Notes under the pieces: model-generated | Seen by the model: the letters and a program-made list of their open reading frames with translations, nothing else | What the model was told of the DNA's origin: nothing | Database searches by the model: none | Made by a program: the position numbers and the translations under genes | Origin: an uncultured Clostridia bacterium | GTDB lineage: Bacteria; Bacillota; Clostridia; Oscillospirales; Ruminococcaceae | Direction: 5' to 3' | Assembly: GCA_947630655.1 (NCBI GenBank) | Contig: CANRIQ010000001.1 | Coordinates: 1 to 45,309 of the forward strand | Length of the DNA stretch: 45,309 bases | In this document: positions 1 to 9,705 of the stretch, in pieces | Position numbering within the stretch: the first letter of the stretch is position 1 | How the letters are laid out: every line of letters begins with the position of its first letter

Positions 1-480
1 CATTCTGCGTTCCGCGTCCGAAAACCGCAGCAGCCGCAGCTTGTTTGCGACGGTTGACTGCGCTTTCCCGAGCCTGGACGCCGCCTCCTCCTGCGTAAGC
101 CCGTAGCAGGAAATCAGCTTTTCAATCGCTAACGCCTCCTCGAAATAGCTCAGATCCTTTCGCTGGATATTCTCGATAAGCGCGAGAATTGCCGCCTGTT
201 CGTCGTCAACGCTCATTATAATGCACGGCACCTCCGTAAGTCCCGCAAGCTTTGCGGCGCGCGTTCGGCGTTCCCCGCTTATAATCTCGTAAAGCGCGCC
301 CTTTTTCCTCACGCAAATCGGCTGTAAAATGCCGTTTTCGCGGATACTCTCCGACAGCGACCGAAGCGCGTCGTTGTTGAATTCGCTTCGCGGCTGGGAG
401 CGGTTCGGCGTAAGCTCCGAGATGCCGAGCATAACCACCTGCCCCGCGATTTTCTCCTTTGGTTTGAACAATCCGTTCAT
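1..480 (-). CDS. noc: ParB/Spo0J-family protein, probably nucleoid occlusion protein Noc (3' end runs off the window)
   Basis: Not in the ORF track. Read by hand from ATG at 480: MNGLFKPKEK...PNRSQPR...GILQPICVR...YEIISGERRTRAA...ENIQRKDL...GLTQEEAASRLGKAQSTVANKLRLL. Contains the ParB GERR box and HTH. Position after mnmG-rsmG is the usual noc slot. Confidence 0.8.
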   Translation of the reverse strand, partial: MNGLFKPKEKIAGQVVMLGISELTPNRSQPRSEFNNDALRSLSESIRENGILQPICVRKKGALYEIISGERRTRAAKLAGLTEVPCIIMSVDDEQAAILALIENIQRKDLSYFEEALAIEKLISCYGLTQEEAASRLGKAQSTVANKLRLLRFSDAERRM

Positions 481-574
481 ATGAAATTCCCCCTTTTTTC
501 CATTGTAGCAAAACGGGGAAATAATTTCCACAGGAAAATATCGCGCTTTCTGACGAAAACCGACCCGTTAAACC

Positions 575-603
575 AAAAAAGCCCCGTTCAGAGGGGCTTT
601 TTT
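575..603. terminator. Intrinsic terminator after rsmG (bidirectional form)
   Basis: AAAAAAGCCCC-GTTCAGA-GGGGCTTTTTT, overlapping the rsmG stop codon. Confidence 0.75.
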
Positions 604-1280
604 GCGATATTTGCGGAGCTTCGAGGATATTTTGTCGGAGTAGCTGATATTTTTCTGACAACCGCAAGCCGCCTGTTATCGCCGTTCGGCAGCTTGTAAT
701 CAGTAGTTTTTTCGATTTTCCCGCCAAGCGTTTTAACGGCGTTTTCGCAGGCGTTAATATTCTCGTTTACGGATTTCAGCGCGGCGAAAATCCCTCCGAC
801 CTTCACAAACGGCAGGCAATATTCCGTCAAAACAGGCATTGCCGCGACTGCTCTTGCGGTTGAAACATCGAATTTTTCGCGCATTTTCCGCCCGAGGTCC
901 TCGGCGCGGGAGTGGATAATTTTCGCCCGAACGCCGATTTTCCCGCACGCAAGCTCGAGATACGCGCACCTTTTCTGAAGGCTGTCGCAAAGCGTCATCT
1001 GAAGGTCGGGGCGCATTATCAAAAGCGGAAGCGACGGAAATCCCGCGCCCGTTCCCACGTCGATTACGCTCGCTCCTTTGGGAATTTCAAGCATAGTAAA
1101 CGGGAGCACGCTGTCTATAAAATGCTTCTCCACCACCTCCGAAAACTCGGTTATCGCGGTGAGATTTACGTTTTTGTTATACTCGGTAAGGAAGCTGAAA
1201 AGCGTGAAAAACTGCTCCGCCTGCTCCTTCGAAACCTGAATTTCAGCCCCCGCGAACATCTCAATTATCTTTTCCGTCAC
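588..1280 (-). CDS. rsmG: 16S rRNA m7G527 methyltransferase RsmG (GidB)
   Basis: Motifs [20 protein letters not shown] and TARAVA. GTG at 1280 has GGAGGT 7 nt upstream (the ORF track extends to 1301). Confidence 0.95.
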   Translation of the reverse strand: MTEKIIEMFAGAEIQVSKEQAEQFFTLFSFLTEYNKNVNLTAITEFSEVVEKHFIDSVLPFTMLEIPKGASVIDVGTGAGFPSLPLLIMRPDLQMTLCDSLQKRCAYLELACGKIGVRAKIIHSRAEDLGRKMREKFDVSTARAVAAMPVLTEYCLPFVKVGGIFAALKSVNENINACENAVKTLGGKIEKTTDYKLPNGDNRRLAVVRKISATPTKYPRSSANIAKKPL

Positions 1281-3150
1281 CCTTTGCACCTCCTCCCGCA
1301 AGCCACACCAGCAGCACCGAAACGTCCGCGGGATTTACTCCCGAAATTCGTCCCGCCTGCCCGACGTTCAGCGGCTTGTGCTTGTTAAGCTTCTCCTGCG
1401 CCTCCAGCCGCAAGCCCTTTATCTCCCGATAATCAAAATCCTGCGGCAGAAGCTTTTCCTCAAGCCTTCGCATTTTTTCAACCTGTTCGGTCTGAATTTT
1501 TATATAACCAGCGTATTTTATCTCAATTTCCAGCCTTTGAACCAGCGAAAACCGAAGCTTCGGACGGTCGGGGTCAAATTCCGCAAAATCGGAATAGGAA
1601 AGCTGCGGACGCTTTAAAAGCTCCGAAAGCCTCACCCCGGTATTTATCGGAGAAGTCCCTTTTTCCGCAAGCATTTTATTAACCTCGTCTGTCGGGTGAA
1701 TGACAACCTTATTTACGCGCTCCTTTTCCCGATCAAGCGCAGCCTGCTCCGCCAGAAATTCCGCATAACGCCCGTCCGACACTAAACCTACCTCGTGCCC
1801 GGTCGGCAGCAGCCTTTCGGGGGCGTTGTCCTGCCGCAGAATAAGGCGGTATTCGCTGCGGGAGGTCATCATTCGGTACGGCTCGCTGCAGCCTTTTGTT
1901 ACAAGGTCGTCGATAAGCGTGCCGATATAGCTTGACGCCCTGTCCAGAATAAGCGGCGGTTTACCCGTAATCTTCCGCGCGGCGTTTATCCCCGCAATTA
2001 TCCCCTGCGCGGCGGCTTCCTCGTACCCCGAAGTGCAGTTAAACTGCCCCGCGCCGTACAGCCCGCTTATTTTCTTGAATTCAAGCGTCGGCAAAAGCTC
2101 CAGCGGGTCGCAGCAATCGTATTCGATAGCGTATGCAGGACGGATAATCTCCACGTTCTCCAAGCCCCTGATTGTTCGCAAAAACTTAAGCTGAACGTCC
2201 TCGGGAAGGCTTGAACTCATGCCCTGAAGATACATTTCATCGGTATCAAGACCCATCGGCTCGACAAAAAGCTGATGCCGCTCCTTATCCTTAAAACGCA
2301 CGATTTTGTCCTCGATACTCGGGCAATAGCGCGGACCAATGCCCTCAATTCTCCCGGAATACAGCGGCGAACGGTCAAGATTTTCGAGAATAACGCGGTG
2401 AGTTTCGGCGTTGGTGTAGGTTACATAACATTCGGCTTTGTTTTCGAGAACGTTTTTGTTGTCGAACGAAAACGGCATAATCTCGCTGTCGCCCTCCTGC
2501 TTCTCCATAACCGAAAAATTCACCGACCGCCTGTGAACCCTCGCGGGAGTGCCCGTCTTGAACCTCCGCATGGACACCCCGAGTGCCTTCAGACACGCGG
2601 CAAGCTCGGTTGACGGGAGAACATTGTCGGGTCCCGCCGAGTAATTCAGCTCCCCGATATGTATTTTCCCGTTGAGATACGTCCCCGTTGTGATAATTGC
2701 CGCCTTGCAGGGATAAATTGCCCCAAGCTTTGTGCGGACAGCGGTTATTTTCCCGTCGTTTACCTCGACAGCGGTCACTTCGGCTTGTTTTATAAAGAGA
2801 TTTTCCGTATTTTCAAGCGTTTTTTTCATATAACCGTGATATTTCACCCTGTCGCTTTGAACCCGCAGGCTGTGAACGGCAGGACCTTTTCCGCGGTTTA
2901 AAATTCTCGACTGAATAAAGGTAGCGTCGGCGGCTTTGCCCATTTCCCCGCCCAAAGCGTCAATTTCGCAGACAATCTGCCCCTTTGCCGAACCGCCGAT
3001 ACACGGATTACACGGCATATTCGCAATACAGTCCGCCGAAAGCGTAAAAATCGCGGTTTTAAGTCCAAGCCGCGCCGCCGCCAAAGCAGCCTCGCAGCCC
3101 GCGTGACCCGCGCCGATCACGCAAACGTCAAATTCTTCAAGAGTGTACAT
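1261..3150 (-). CDS. mnmG: tRNA U34 modification enzyme MnmG (GidA)
   Basis: [55 protein letters not shown] at 3150 with GAGG SD. Confidence 0.97.
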   Translation of the reverse strand: MYTLEEFDVCVIGAGHAGCEAALAAARLGLKTAIFTLSADCIANMPCNPCIGGSAKGQIVCEIDALGGEMGKAADATFIQSRILNRGKGPAVHSLRVQSDRVKYHGYMKKTLENTENLFIKQAEVTAVEVNDGKITAVRTKLGAIYPCKAAIITTGTYLNGKIHIGELNYSAGPDNVLPSTELAACLKALGVSMRRFKTGTPARVHRRSVNFSVMEKQEGDSEIMPFSFDNKNVLENKAECYVTYTNAETHRVILENLDRSPLYSGRIEGIGPRYCPSIEDKIVRFKDKERHQLFVEPMGLDTDEMYLQGMSSSLPEDVQLKFLRTIRGLENVEIIRPAYAIEYDCCDPLELLPTLEFKKISGLYGAGQFNCTSGYEEAAAQGIIAGINAARKITGKPPLILDRASSYIGTLIDDLVTKGCSEPYRMMTSRSEYRLILRQDNAPERLLPTGHEVGLVSDGRYAEFLAEQAALDREKERVNKVVIHPTDEVNKMLAEKGTSPINTGVRLSELLKRPQLSYSDFAEFDPDRPKLRFSLVQRLEIEIKYAGYIKIQTEQVEKMRRLEEKLLPQDFDYREIKGLRLEAQEKLNKHKPLNVGQAGRISGVNPADVSVLLVWLAGGGAKGDGKDN

Positions 3151-3158
3151 AACAATCC

Positions 3159-3806
3159 TCAATTTTCAATAATCGGAATTCTGATAACCGTTTTAAGCTT
3201 CTCGGGAGCGGTTTTCCTCGCGTCGGAAAGATAAATTTCGTGGTGCTGCCGCTTCTCGGAAAAATCGAAACGATAGCCGTTCTGTCCGAGAAATTCCCGC
3301 ATAACGGCGACTGTTTTCGGCTCGTCGTCATACGGACCTATGTGCATACACTGCACGCACAAGCCCTCCTCGACCGTGAGAAACTCCACCTTAGAAAAAT
3401 CGGTTTTTTTCTTCTCGGCAGCGGTTTTCCTTGCCCACTCGAATTCCCCGAGTGTGACAAAATCGGGCAGCCTGATTACCGAAATAAACTCAAAATTTTC
3501 CTTGTGGGAATAGTCGATCTCCCCGCCGTTCATTCCGTTAATTTCGCTCATTTTCCAAAAGCCCTCAAGCGGCGGCACGACAAAGTCAAAATACCCGTCT
3601 ATCCTGTGGTCGCCCATTTTGCTCATTTTTATGGTGAACGCCACCCCGTAAAGCAGCCCAATGCTCTGTTTATACTCGCTGCCCTCGGCGTTCGGGTCGC
3701 CCTTTCCCCGCACCGCGATGTAATTCATCTTCGGGATTTTCACCACTGCGGGCTTGCTTTTCGGCAGATAGAATTCCTTGTATTCCTTTTTAAAATCAAA
3801 AGCCAT
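3159..3806 (-). CDS. GyrI-like small-molecule-binding domain protein
   Basis: [47 protein letters not shown] at 3806 with GGAGG SD. Confidence 0.85.
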   Translation of the reverse strand: MAFDFKKEYKEFYLPKSKPAVVKIPKMNYIAVRGKGDPNAEGSEYKQSIGLLYGVAFTIKMSKMGDHRIDGYFDFVVPPLEGFWKMSEINGMNGGEIDYSHKENFEFISVIRLPDFVTLGEFEWARKTAAEKKKTDFSKVEFLTVEEGLCVQCMHIGPYDDEPKTVAVMREFLGQNGYRFDFSEKRQHHEIYLSDARKTAPEKLKTVIRIPIIEN

Positions 3807-3820
3807 AAAATCCTCCAAAT

Positions 3821-3836
3821 TGTTCCACGTGGAACA
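3821..3836. promoter_or_regulatory. parS: parS centromere site
   Basis: Perfect 16-bp palindrome TGTTCCACGTGGAACA matching the TGTTNCACGTGNAACA consensus, about 8.5 kb from oriC. Confidence 0.93.
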
Positions 3837-3842
3837 TTTTGC

Positions 3843-3874
3843 AAAAATTTTCCCGAACAAACGTTCGGGAAAAT
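3843..3874 (-). terminator. Terminator after gyrA
   Basis: ATTTTCCCGAAC-AAAC-GTTCGGGAAAAT hairpin with a U-run on the minus strand. Confidence 0.7.
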
Positions 3875-3889
3875 CTGTAGAACATCAAA

Positions 3890-6529
3890 TTATTCGTCCT
3901 CTTCGGGAGCTTCTTCCTCGTCGGAGGGCTCTTCGTCAGATAAATCATCGTCAGATGATTCATCGGGCTCAATAACCTCGACAGCCTCCTCCGCAAGAGA
4001 TTCCGCGATTTCCTCGTCGGAAGCCTTTTCAACCTCCTCGGTCTGTTCTGACTCGTCGTGAGGAGTCCTCGAAAACGCCACAACTCTGTCTTCCGCGCCA
4101 AGCCGCATTACGCGAACGCCCGAAGCGGGTCTGCCCATAATTCGCAGGTCGTTTGCGCGAATTCGGATAATTACGCCGTCCGCGCTGATAAGAATAACAT
4201 CGTCGTCGGGACCCAGCGTGCGAATTCCCACAACACTGCCTTTTTCCACGCTTACGGGATAGTTTTTAAGTCCCAAGCCCCCGCGCTTTTGCAGACGATA
4301 GCTCGAAACCGCGCAGCGTCTGCCCATGCCCTTGTCGGTCACGGTGAGAATTGACGCGTTTTCATCGAAAATCTTCGTTGCGCCGATAACAAAATCATCC
4401 CCGCGGAACTTGATTGCCCGAACGCCCCTTGCAGTACGCCCGAGCGGACGCGCGTCATTCTCGTCAAAGCGTATAGCCGCGCCGTTTTTCGTTGCAACGA
4501 TAACGGTGCAGTCGCCCTCGGTAAGAAATCCCGCCGCGATTTCATCGCCGTCCGCAAGCGCGATTGCGCGAAGTCCGCCTTTGCGGATATTTTTAAACTC
4601 GGACAGCTTTGTACGCTTGATAAGACCGTTTTTCGTAATGCACACGAAGAATTTGTTATCCGCAAAATCAATCGTTGTCATCATCGCGGCGACCTTTTCG
4701 TCCTCGGAAAGCTGTAAGAGATTTACAATATTCATTCCCCTTGACTGACGGCTGCCCTCGGGTATCTGATAGCATTTCAGGCGGAACATATTTCCCTTAT
4801 TTGTAATAAAGAGAATATTCTCATGAGACGACGCGATAAACATACTGTCCACAAAATCCTCATCGCGCTGTTTCATGCCCGAAATTCCGCGCCCGCCGCG
4901 CTTTTGAATGTTGTAGACCTCCGCGGGCTGACGTTTGATATAACCCATATTCGTAAACGTCACGACACAGTCCTCTTCGGGGATAAGATCTTCTATATCC
5001 ACCTCGCCGCTTACAGGCTCGATAGCCGTTCTGCGCTCGTCAGCGTATTTTTTCTTGATAGCCGAAAGCTCCTCGCCGATAAGGTGCAAAAGCTTGTTAT
5101 TATCGGAAAGTAGCTCCTCCATTTCGCGGATAAGTTCGCGTTTTTCCTTAAGCTCGTCCTCAATCTTGCTTTTTTCCATACCGGTAAGCTGACCTATTCT
5201 TAATTGAACGATAGCCTCCGCCTGAATCTCCGAAAGAGAATAAGTCCCGCTCGGGAAAAGCCCCGTCTGCGACACGTCAACGTCCTTGAAACGCTCGATA
5301 AGACGTTGTTTACCCTCGGGAATGCCCTTACTGGTGCGCATGATTTCTATAACTTCATCGATAAAATCAATCGCCAGCATAAGACCCTCAAGGATATGCT
5401 CGCGCTCTTTAGCCTTGTCGAGGTCAAACTGCGTTCTTCTTGTGACAACGTCTATCTGATGATCCAGATAGTATTTCAGCATCTCCGCAAGATTCAGCGT
5501 TTTCGGCTGACCGTCCACAAGAGCTATCATAATAACGCCGACGGTGTCCTGCAATTGCGTATAAGTGTACAGCTTGTTAAGAACAACATTCGCATTTGCG
5601 TCGCGCTTAAGCTCCAGCACCACGCGCATACCGTTTCTGTCGGACTCGTCACGGAAAGCCGAAATGCCCTCTATCTTCTTATCGCGCACAAGATCCCCTA
5701 TATTTGCCAACATTCTGGCTTTGTTTACCATATATGGTATCTCGCTGATAATAATTCGGGAATGATTGTTTTCCTCAACGATTTCCGCGCGTCCGCGGAG
5801 AATAATTTTCCCGCGCCCGGTATAATATGCCGAGCGAATTCCACTGTAGCCCATAATTATGCCGCCCGTCGGAAAATCCGGACCCTTAACGCAGGTCATA
5901 ATATCCTCGATTGTGGCTTCCGGGTTGTCGATCATAAGCAGCAGAGCGTCAACAATCTCCCCCAGATTATGCGGAGGAATATTTGTCGCCATACCGACCG
6001 CAATACCGTTCGACCCGTTCACCAGAAGGTTCGGGAACCTTGACGGCAGCACCTTCGGCTCTAACAGCTTATCGTCATAGTTTGTCTGGAAATCAACAAC
6101 TTTCTTGTTGATATCCGAGGTCATCTCGTTGGCAATTCTCGCAAGCCTTGCCTCGGTGTAACGGTAAGCGGCAGGCGGGTCTCCGTCGATAGAACCGAAG
6201 TTTCCGTGACCGTCAATAAGCGGATAGCGCATAGAAAACGTCTGAGCCAACCGCACAAGCGCGTCATAAACAGAAGCGTCTCCGTGCGGGTGATACTTAC
6301 CGAGAACCTCTCCGACGGTATACGCGCACTTTCTGAAGGGCTTGTCCGAGGTATTTCCCGCCTCGTTCATGGTGTAGATTATTCTGCGGTGAACGGGCTT
6401 TAACCCGTCGCGCACATCTGGCAGTGCTCTTGACGTAATAACCGCCATAGAATACTCGATAAACGACTTTTTCATGGTATCTTCCAAGTCGATATCGTGG
6501 AGCTTTTCTAAACTGAAATCAATATCCAT
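3890..6529 (-). CDS. gyrA: DNA gyrase subunit A
   Basis: [22 protein letters not shown], catalytic YRYTE, GyrA-box QKRGGRG, acidic C-terminal tail. Confidence 0.98.
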   Translation of the reverse strand: MDIDFSLEKLHDIDLEDTMKKSFIEYSMAVITSRALPDVRDGLKPVHRRIIYTMNEAGNTSDKPFRKCAYTVGEVLGKYHPHGDASVYDALVRLAQTFSMRYPLIDGHGNFGSIDGDPPAAYRYTEARLARIANEMTSDINKKVVDFQTNYDDKLLEPKVLPSRFPNLLVNGSNGIAVGMATNIPPHNLGEIVDALLLMIDNPEATIEDIMTCVKGPDFPTGGIIMGYSGIRSAYYTGRGKIILRGRAEIVEENNHSRIIISEIPYMVNKARMLANIGDLVRDKKIEGISAFRDESDRNGMRVVLELKRDANANVVLNKLYTYTQLQDTVGVIMIALVDGQPKTLNLAEMLKYYLDHQIDVVTRRTQFDLDKAKEREHILEGLMLAIDFIDEVIEIMRTSKGIPEGKQRLIERFKDVDVSQTGLFPSGTYSLSEIQAEAIVQLRIGQLTGMEKSKIEDELKEKRELIREMEELLSDNNKLLHLIGEELSAIKKKYADERRTAIEPVSGEVDIEDLIPEEDCVVTFTNMGYIKRQPAEVYNIQKRGGRGISGMKQRDEDFVDSMFIASSHENILFITNKGNMFRLKCYQIPEGSRQSRGMNIVNLLQLSEDEKVAAMMTTIDFADNKFFVCITKNGLIKRTKLSEFKNIRKGGLRAIALADGDEIAAGFLTEGDCTVIVATKNGAAIRFDENDARPLGRTARGVRAIKFRGDDFVIGATKIFDENASILTVTDKGMGRRCAVSSYRLQKRGGLGLKNYPVSVEKGSVVGIRTLGPDDDVILISADGVIIRIRANDLRIMGRPASGVRVMRLGAEDRVVAFSRTPHDESEQTEEVEKASDEEIAESLAEEAVEVIEPDESSDDDLSDEEPSDEEEAPEEDE

Positions 6530-6571
6530 TTGTCCTCCGTAAAATAAAGGGAAAGATTTTTAACAACCGAA

Positions 6572-7219
6572 TTATTCCTCGCCTTCAAGCTTTTCGGTCA
6601 GAAAATCCCTTATAGTATTTTGCTGTTCAACAGAAAGGCAGCGTTTCGGGAAGCAGTAAATCTGCCTGCGGTTGAAAAACAACAGCAGCGAGTCGCTGTT
6701 CTCCGAAAAATTAAGCAAATCAACGCCGAATTTAAAGACGGTTTTAAGCGGCGTTATTATCTGCTCGTCCGCCTCCTCGTCTATTTTAACGTCAACCTCG
6801 TTATTTTCGGGCTTTATAATGGTTTCAAGCTCGATTTTTTCGGGATATATAACGCAGTGATAATTTTCGGGATCCATATCGTCCAGAGCCTCAATAATTT
6901 TCTTTCTCGTGCGTTTTTTATCCGTAACGGTATAAAATATCCCCGCCGCACACAACAAAAGCGCGAAATACAGCACCACCGACTTCGGATTTATGACAAT
7001 CCCCGCCACAGCCGCCGCTCCCATCAAAGCGTAAGCTATAACTGCGATTTTTCCGCGCTTTGAAGAAAATCTCTTCTGAAATGACTTCATTGCGCCGTCA
7101 ATTTCGTCATTTGTGTTGTCGTAATCGAAATCCGCGATTATTGTATTATTCTCAGACCCCGCAGAACCCTGAAGCTCGCTTAAGTCAGGCAATAAACTGC
7201 TTTGTGAAATAATTACCAC
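6572..7219 (-). CDS. YcxB-like membrane protein (two TM helices plus soluble C-terminal domain); start codon uncertain
   Basis: Two hydrophobic segments and C-terminal ENSDSLLLFFNRRQIYCFPKRCLS, typical of YcxB-like proteins. Confidence 0.6.
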   Translation of the reverse strand: MVIISQSSLLPDLSELQGSAGSENNTIIADFDYDNTNDEIDGAMKSFQKRFSSKRGKIAVIAYALMGAAAVAGIVINPKSVVLYFALLLCAAGIFYTVTDKKRTRKKIIEALDDMDPENYHCVIYPEKIELETIIKPENNEVDVKIDEEADEQIITPLKTVFKFGVDLLNFSENSDSLLLFFNRRQIYCFPKRCLSVEQQNTIRDFLTEKLEGEE

Positions 7220-7222
7220 TCC

Positions 7223-9265
7223 TTAAATATCGAGATTTTCCGCAAGCTTTGCGTTTGTTTCAATAAACTCGCGTCTGGGCTCCACCTTATCGCCCATAAG
7301 AACGGTCATAATTTCGTCCGCCTTTGCCGCGTCCTCAACCGACACTCGAAGCATCGTCCGCGTTTCGGGATTCATCGTAGTTTCCCAAAGCTGAATGGGA
7401 TCCATCTCGCCCAGACCTTTATACCGCTGAACATCGGTTTTTCCGTCCGAACCGAGTTCCGCTATAAAAGAATCTCTCTCCTCGTCCGAAAACGCGTATC
7501 TCACCTGTTTTCCGCGCGACACCTTAAACAGCGGCGGCTGTGCGATATAAACATGACCGTGTTCCAGAAGCGGGCGCATAAATCTGAAGAAAAACGTCAG
7601 CATAAGGGTTCTTATATGCAGACCGTCGACATCGGCATCCGCCATAATTATAACTCTGCCATAACGCAGCTTTGTAATGTCAAAATCCTCGGCAATGCCC
7701 GTTCCCAATGCTTTAACAACAGGCAGAAGCTTATCGTTGTTATAAACCTTGTCGGCTCTTGCCTTTTCGACGTTCAGCATCTTGCCCCAGAGCGACAAAA
7801 TCGCCTGAAAACGTCTGTCGCGTCCCTCCTTCGCAGAACCGCCCGCCGAATCTCCCTCGACAATATAAATTTCCGTGTTAGTCGGATCTGTTTCCGAGCA
7901 ATCCGCAAGCTTCCCGGGAAGCCCGTTGCTGTCGAGAATGGACTTGCGCTTTGCCTCCATAGCCTTTTTTGCCGCGTCGCGCGCCGCCTGCGAACTTGCC
8001 GCTTTATTCACGACAATCTGTGCCGTTTCGGGGTGTTCCTCGAAATAATAGGTAAGCTGTTCCGTCGCAACCTTATAAACCGCAGGCTGAACCTCGGGAT
8101 TTCCAAGTTTGCCCTTTGTCTGTCCCTCAAACTCGCACTCGGGAAGCTTCACGGAAATAATGGCGTTTATCGCCTCGCGGATAGCCTCTCCGCTGTACCC
8201 CGCAAACGGCTTTTCATCGTCCTTTTTAGAAGGCTTTTTCTTTTTGTTTTTATCCTGCTGTTCTTTAAACGTCTTTGCAAAGTCGTTTACAACCTTATTT
8301 AAAGCGCGCTTGAACCCAAGCTCGTGAGTTCCGCCCTCGCCCGTGTGGATATTATTTGCAAACGAGCGGAAAACCTCGCTGTTGAAATCGGTCGTATACT
8401 GAAACGCGATTTCTACTAAAATATCGTCCACTTTTCCGCTTAAATAAATAATATCGGGGTGCATAACCTCCGCGCCGCGCTTTTTATTCAGCCATTCGAT
8501 ATATGAGCAAATACCACCCTCATACTGCATGGTTTCTTCAACGGGGTTATTTTCGTCCCTTAAATCGCGGATAGTTATTTTCAGTCCCGCGTTAAGGAAA
8601 GCCTGCTCCCTCAGACGCTCGTTTAACGTCTCATAGCTGAAAACAGTCGTGTGGAAAATCTCCCCGTCGGGCTTGAAAGTAACGGTAGTGCCCGTATGGT
8701 CGGTCTCACCGATTATTTTTATAGGCTCTTTATACTCGCCCCTGTCAAACCGCTGAAAATGAACGTTTTTCCCGTCGTGAATTTCAACCTCCAGCCACTC
8801 CGAAAGCGCGTTTACAACAGACGCACCCACGCCGTGAAGTCCGCCCGAAACCTTATATCCGCCGCCGCCGAATTTTCCGCCCGCGTGCAGCACCGTAAAC
8901 ACCAGCGTCGCCGCAGAAATGCCCTCCGCGTGGTTTATATCGGTAGGAACGCCGCGCCCGTTATCCACAACTCTGATAACGTCCCCGGGGAGAATTGACA
9001 CCTCAATTTTATCGCAGTATCCCGCAAGAGCCTCGTCTATAGCGTTATCGACAATTTCATAAACAAGGTGATGCAGACCGTATTCACCCGTAGAACCGAT
9101 ATACATACCCGGACGTTTTCTTACAGGGTCAAGCCCTTTAAGAACCTGAATATCGTCCGCGCCGTAATTGCCCTCCTTCACCTCGGTCATCTCGGTGGTT
9201 TCCGCCTCGGTTACCTCTTTAACCTCTTTAACCTCTGTTACCTCTCTAACTTCATCTTCAGCCAT
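7223..9265 (-). CDS. gyrB: DNA gyrase subunit B
   Basis: VRKRPGMYIG, EIVDNAIDE, GGLHGVG, TOPRIM VEGDSAGG and MADADVDG, QRYKGLGEM. GGAGG SD. Confidence 0.98.
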   Translation of the reverse strand: MAEDEVREVTEVKEVKEVTEAETTEMTEVKEGNYGADDIQVLKGLDPVRKRPGMYIGSTGEYGLHHLVYEIVDNAIDEALAGYCDKIEVSILPGDVIRVVDNGRGVPTDINHAEGISAATLVFTVLHAGGKFGGGGYKVSGGLHGVGASVVNALSEWLEVEIHDGKNVHFQRFDRGEYKEPIKIIGETDHTGTTVTFKPDGEIFHTTVFSYETLNERLREQAFLNAGLKITIRDLRDENNPVEETMQYEGGICSYIEWLNKKRGAEVMHPDIIYLSGKVDDILVEIAFQYTTDFNSEVFRSFANNIHTGEGGTHELGFKRALNKVVNDFAKTFKEQQDKNKKKKPSKKDDEKPFAGYSGEAIREAINAIISVKLPECEFEGQTKGKLGNPEVQPAVYKVATEQLTYYFEEHPETAQIVVNKAASSQAARDAAKKAMEAKRKSILDSNGLPGKLADCSETDPTNTEIYIVEGDSAGGSAKEGRDRRFQAILSLWGKMLNVEKARADKVYNNDKLLPVVKALGTGIAEDFDITKLRYGRVIIMADADVDGLHIRTLMLTFFFRFMRPLLEHGHVYIAQPPLFKVSRGKQVRYAFSDEERDSFIAELGSDGKTDVQRYKGLGEMDPIQLWETTMNPETRTMLRVSVEDAAKADEIMTVLMGDKVEPRREFIETNAKLAENLDI
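9209..9253 (-). repeat. Five imperfect 9-bp tandem units encoding EVx in the GyrB N-terminus
   Basis: GAAGTTAGA/GAGGTAACA/GAGGTTAAA/GAGGTTAAA/GAGGTAACC. Confidence 0.85.
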
Positions 9266-9318
9266 AAATATCCTCCAAAATCGGCATTTAAAATTCCGCT
9301 ATAATATATATTATATAT

Positions 9319-9347
9319 AGTATACCATAAAAACGCGATAATTTCAA
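9319..9347 (-). promoter_or_regulatory. Sigma-A promoter of gyrB
   Basis: TTGAAA-17 nt-TATACT with extended -10 TG. Confidence 0.75.
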
Positions 9348-9437
9348 GGGATTTTGCAAATTTTAAGCTCAAAAAAGCAAAAAAAATCACGGAAAAAATC
9401 AAATTTCCGCGACAGAACAAAATATTGAAATCCGAAG

Positions 9438-9689
9438 CTAAAAACCGCCCTTTGTTTTCTTTGCCCTGCGGTTTATAGTCATCGGCGAAACGTTTGAAAT
9501 GTAGGTTTTATTGCTTGTCACAACAAAGCTTTTCGGCATATCGTCCGACACATTCACGATTTTTCCGCTTTTCTGGCTGGAATTCAGAAAATTTGCGGTA
9601 ATTCGGCTTACCGAGCATTTTTCAATATCGAAAACCCCGACCACATCGCTTGAATTTACCGTAAAATCTCCTCCAAGATGCAAAAACAT
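9438..9689 (-). CDS. remB: RemB/YaaB (DUF370) family protein
   Basis: MFLHLGGD...VGVFDIE...PKSFVVT...YISNVS; conserved position between recF and gyrB. Confidence 0.88.
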   Translation of the reverse strand: MFLHLGGDFTVNSSDVVGVFDIEKCSVSRITANFLNSSQKSGKIVNVSDDMPKSFVVTSNKTYISNVSPMTINRRAKKTKGGF

Positions 9690-9705
9690 TTAATCCTCCG
9701 TTAAA

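Noticed and set aside
206-727. 173-aa minus-strand ORF from the track
   Set aside because: Out of frame with noc and rsmG, spans a terminator and has no recognisable motifs
8961-8969. Perfect DnaA box TTATCCACA inside gyrB
   Set aside because: Single copy within the conserved VVDNGRG codons; plausibly chance
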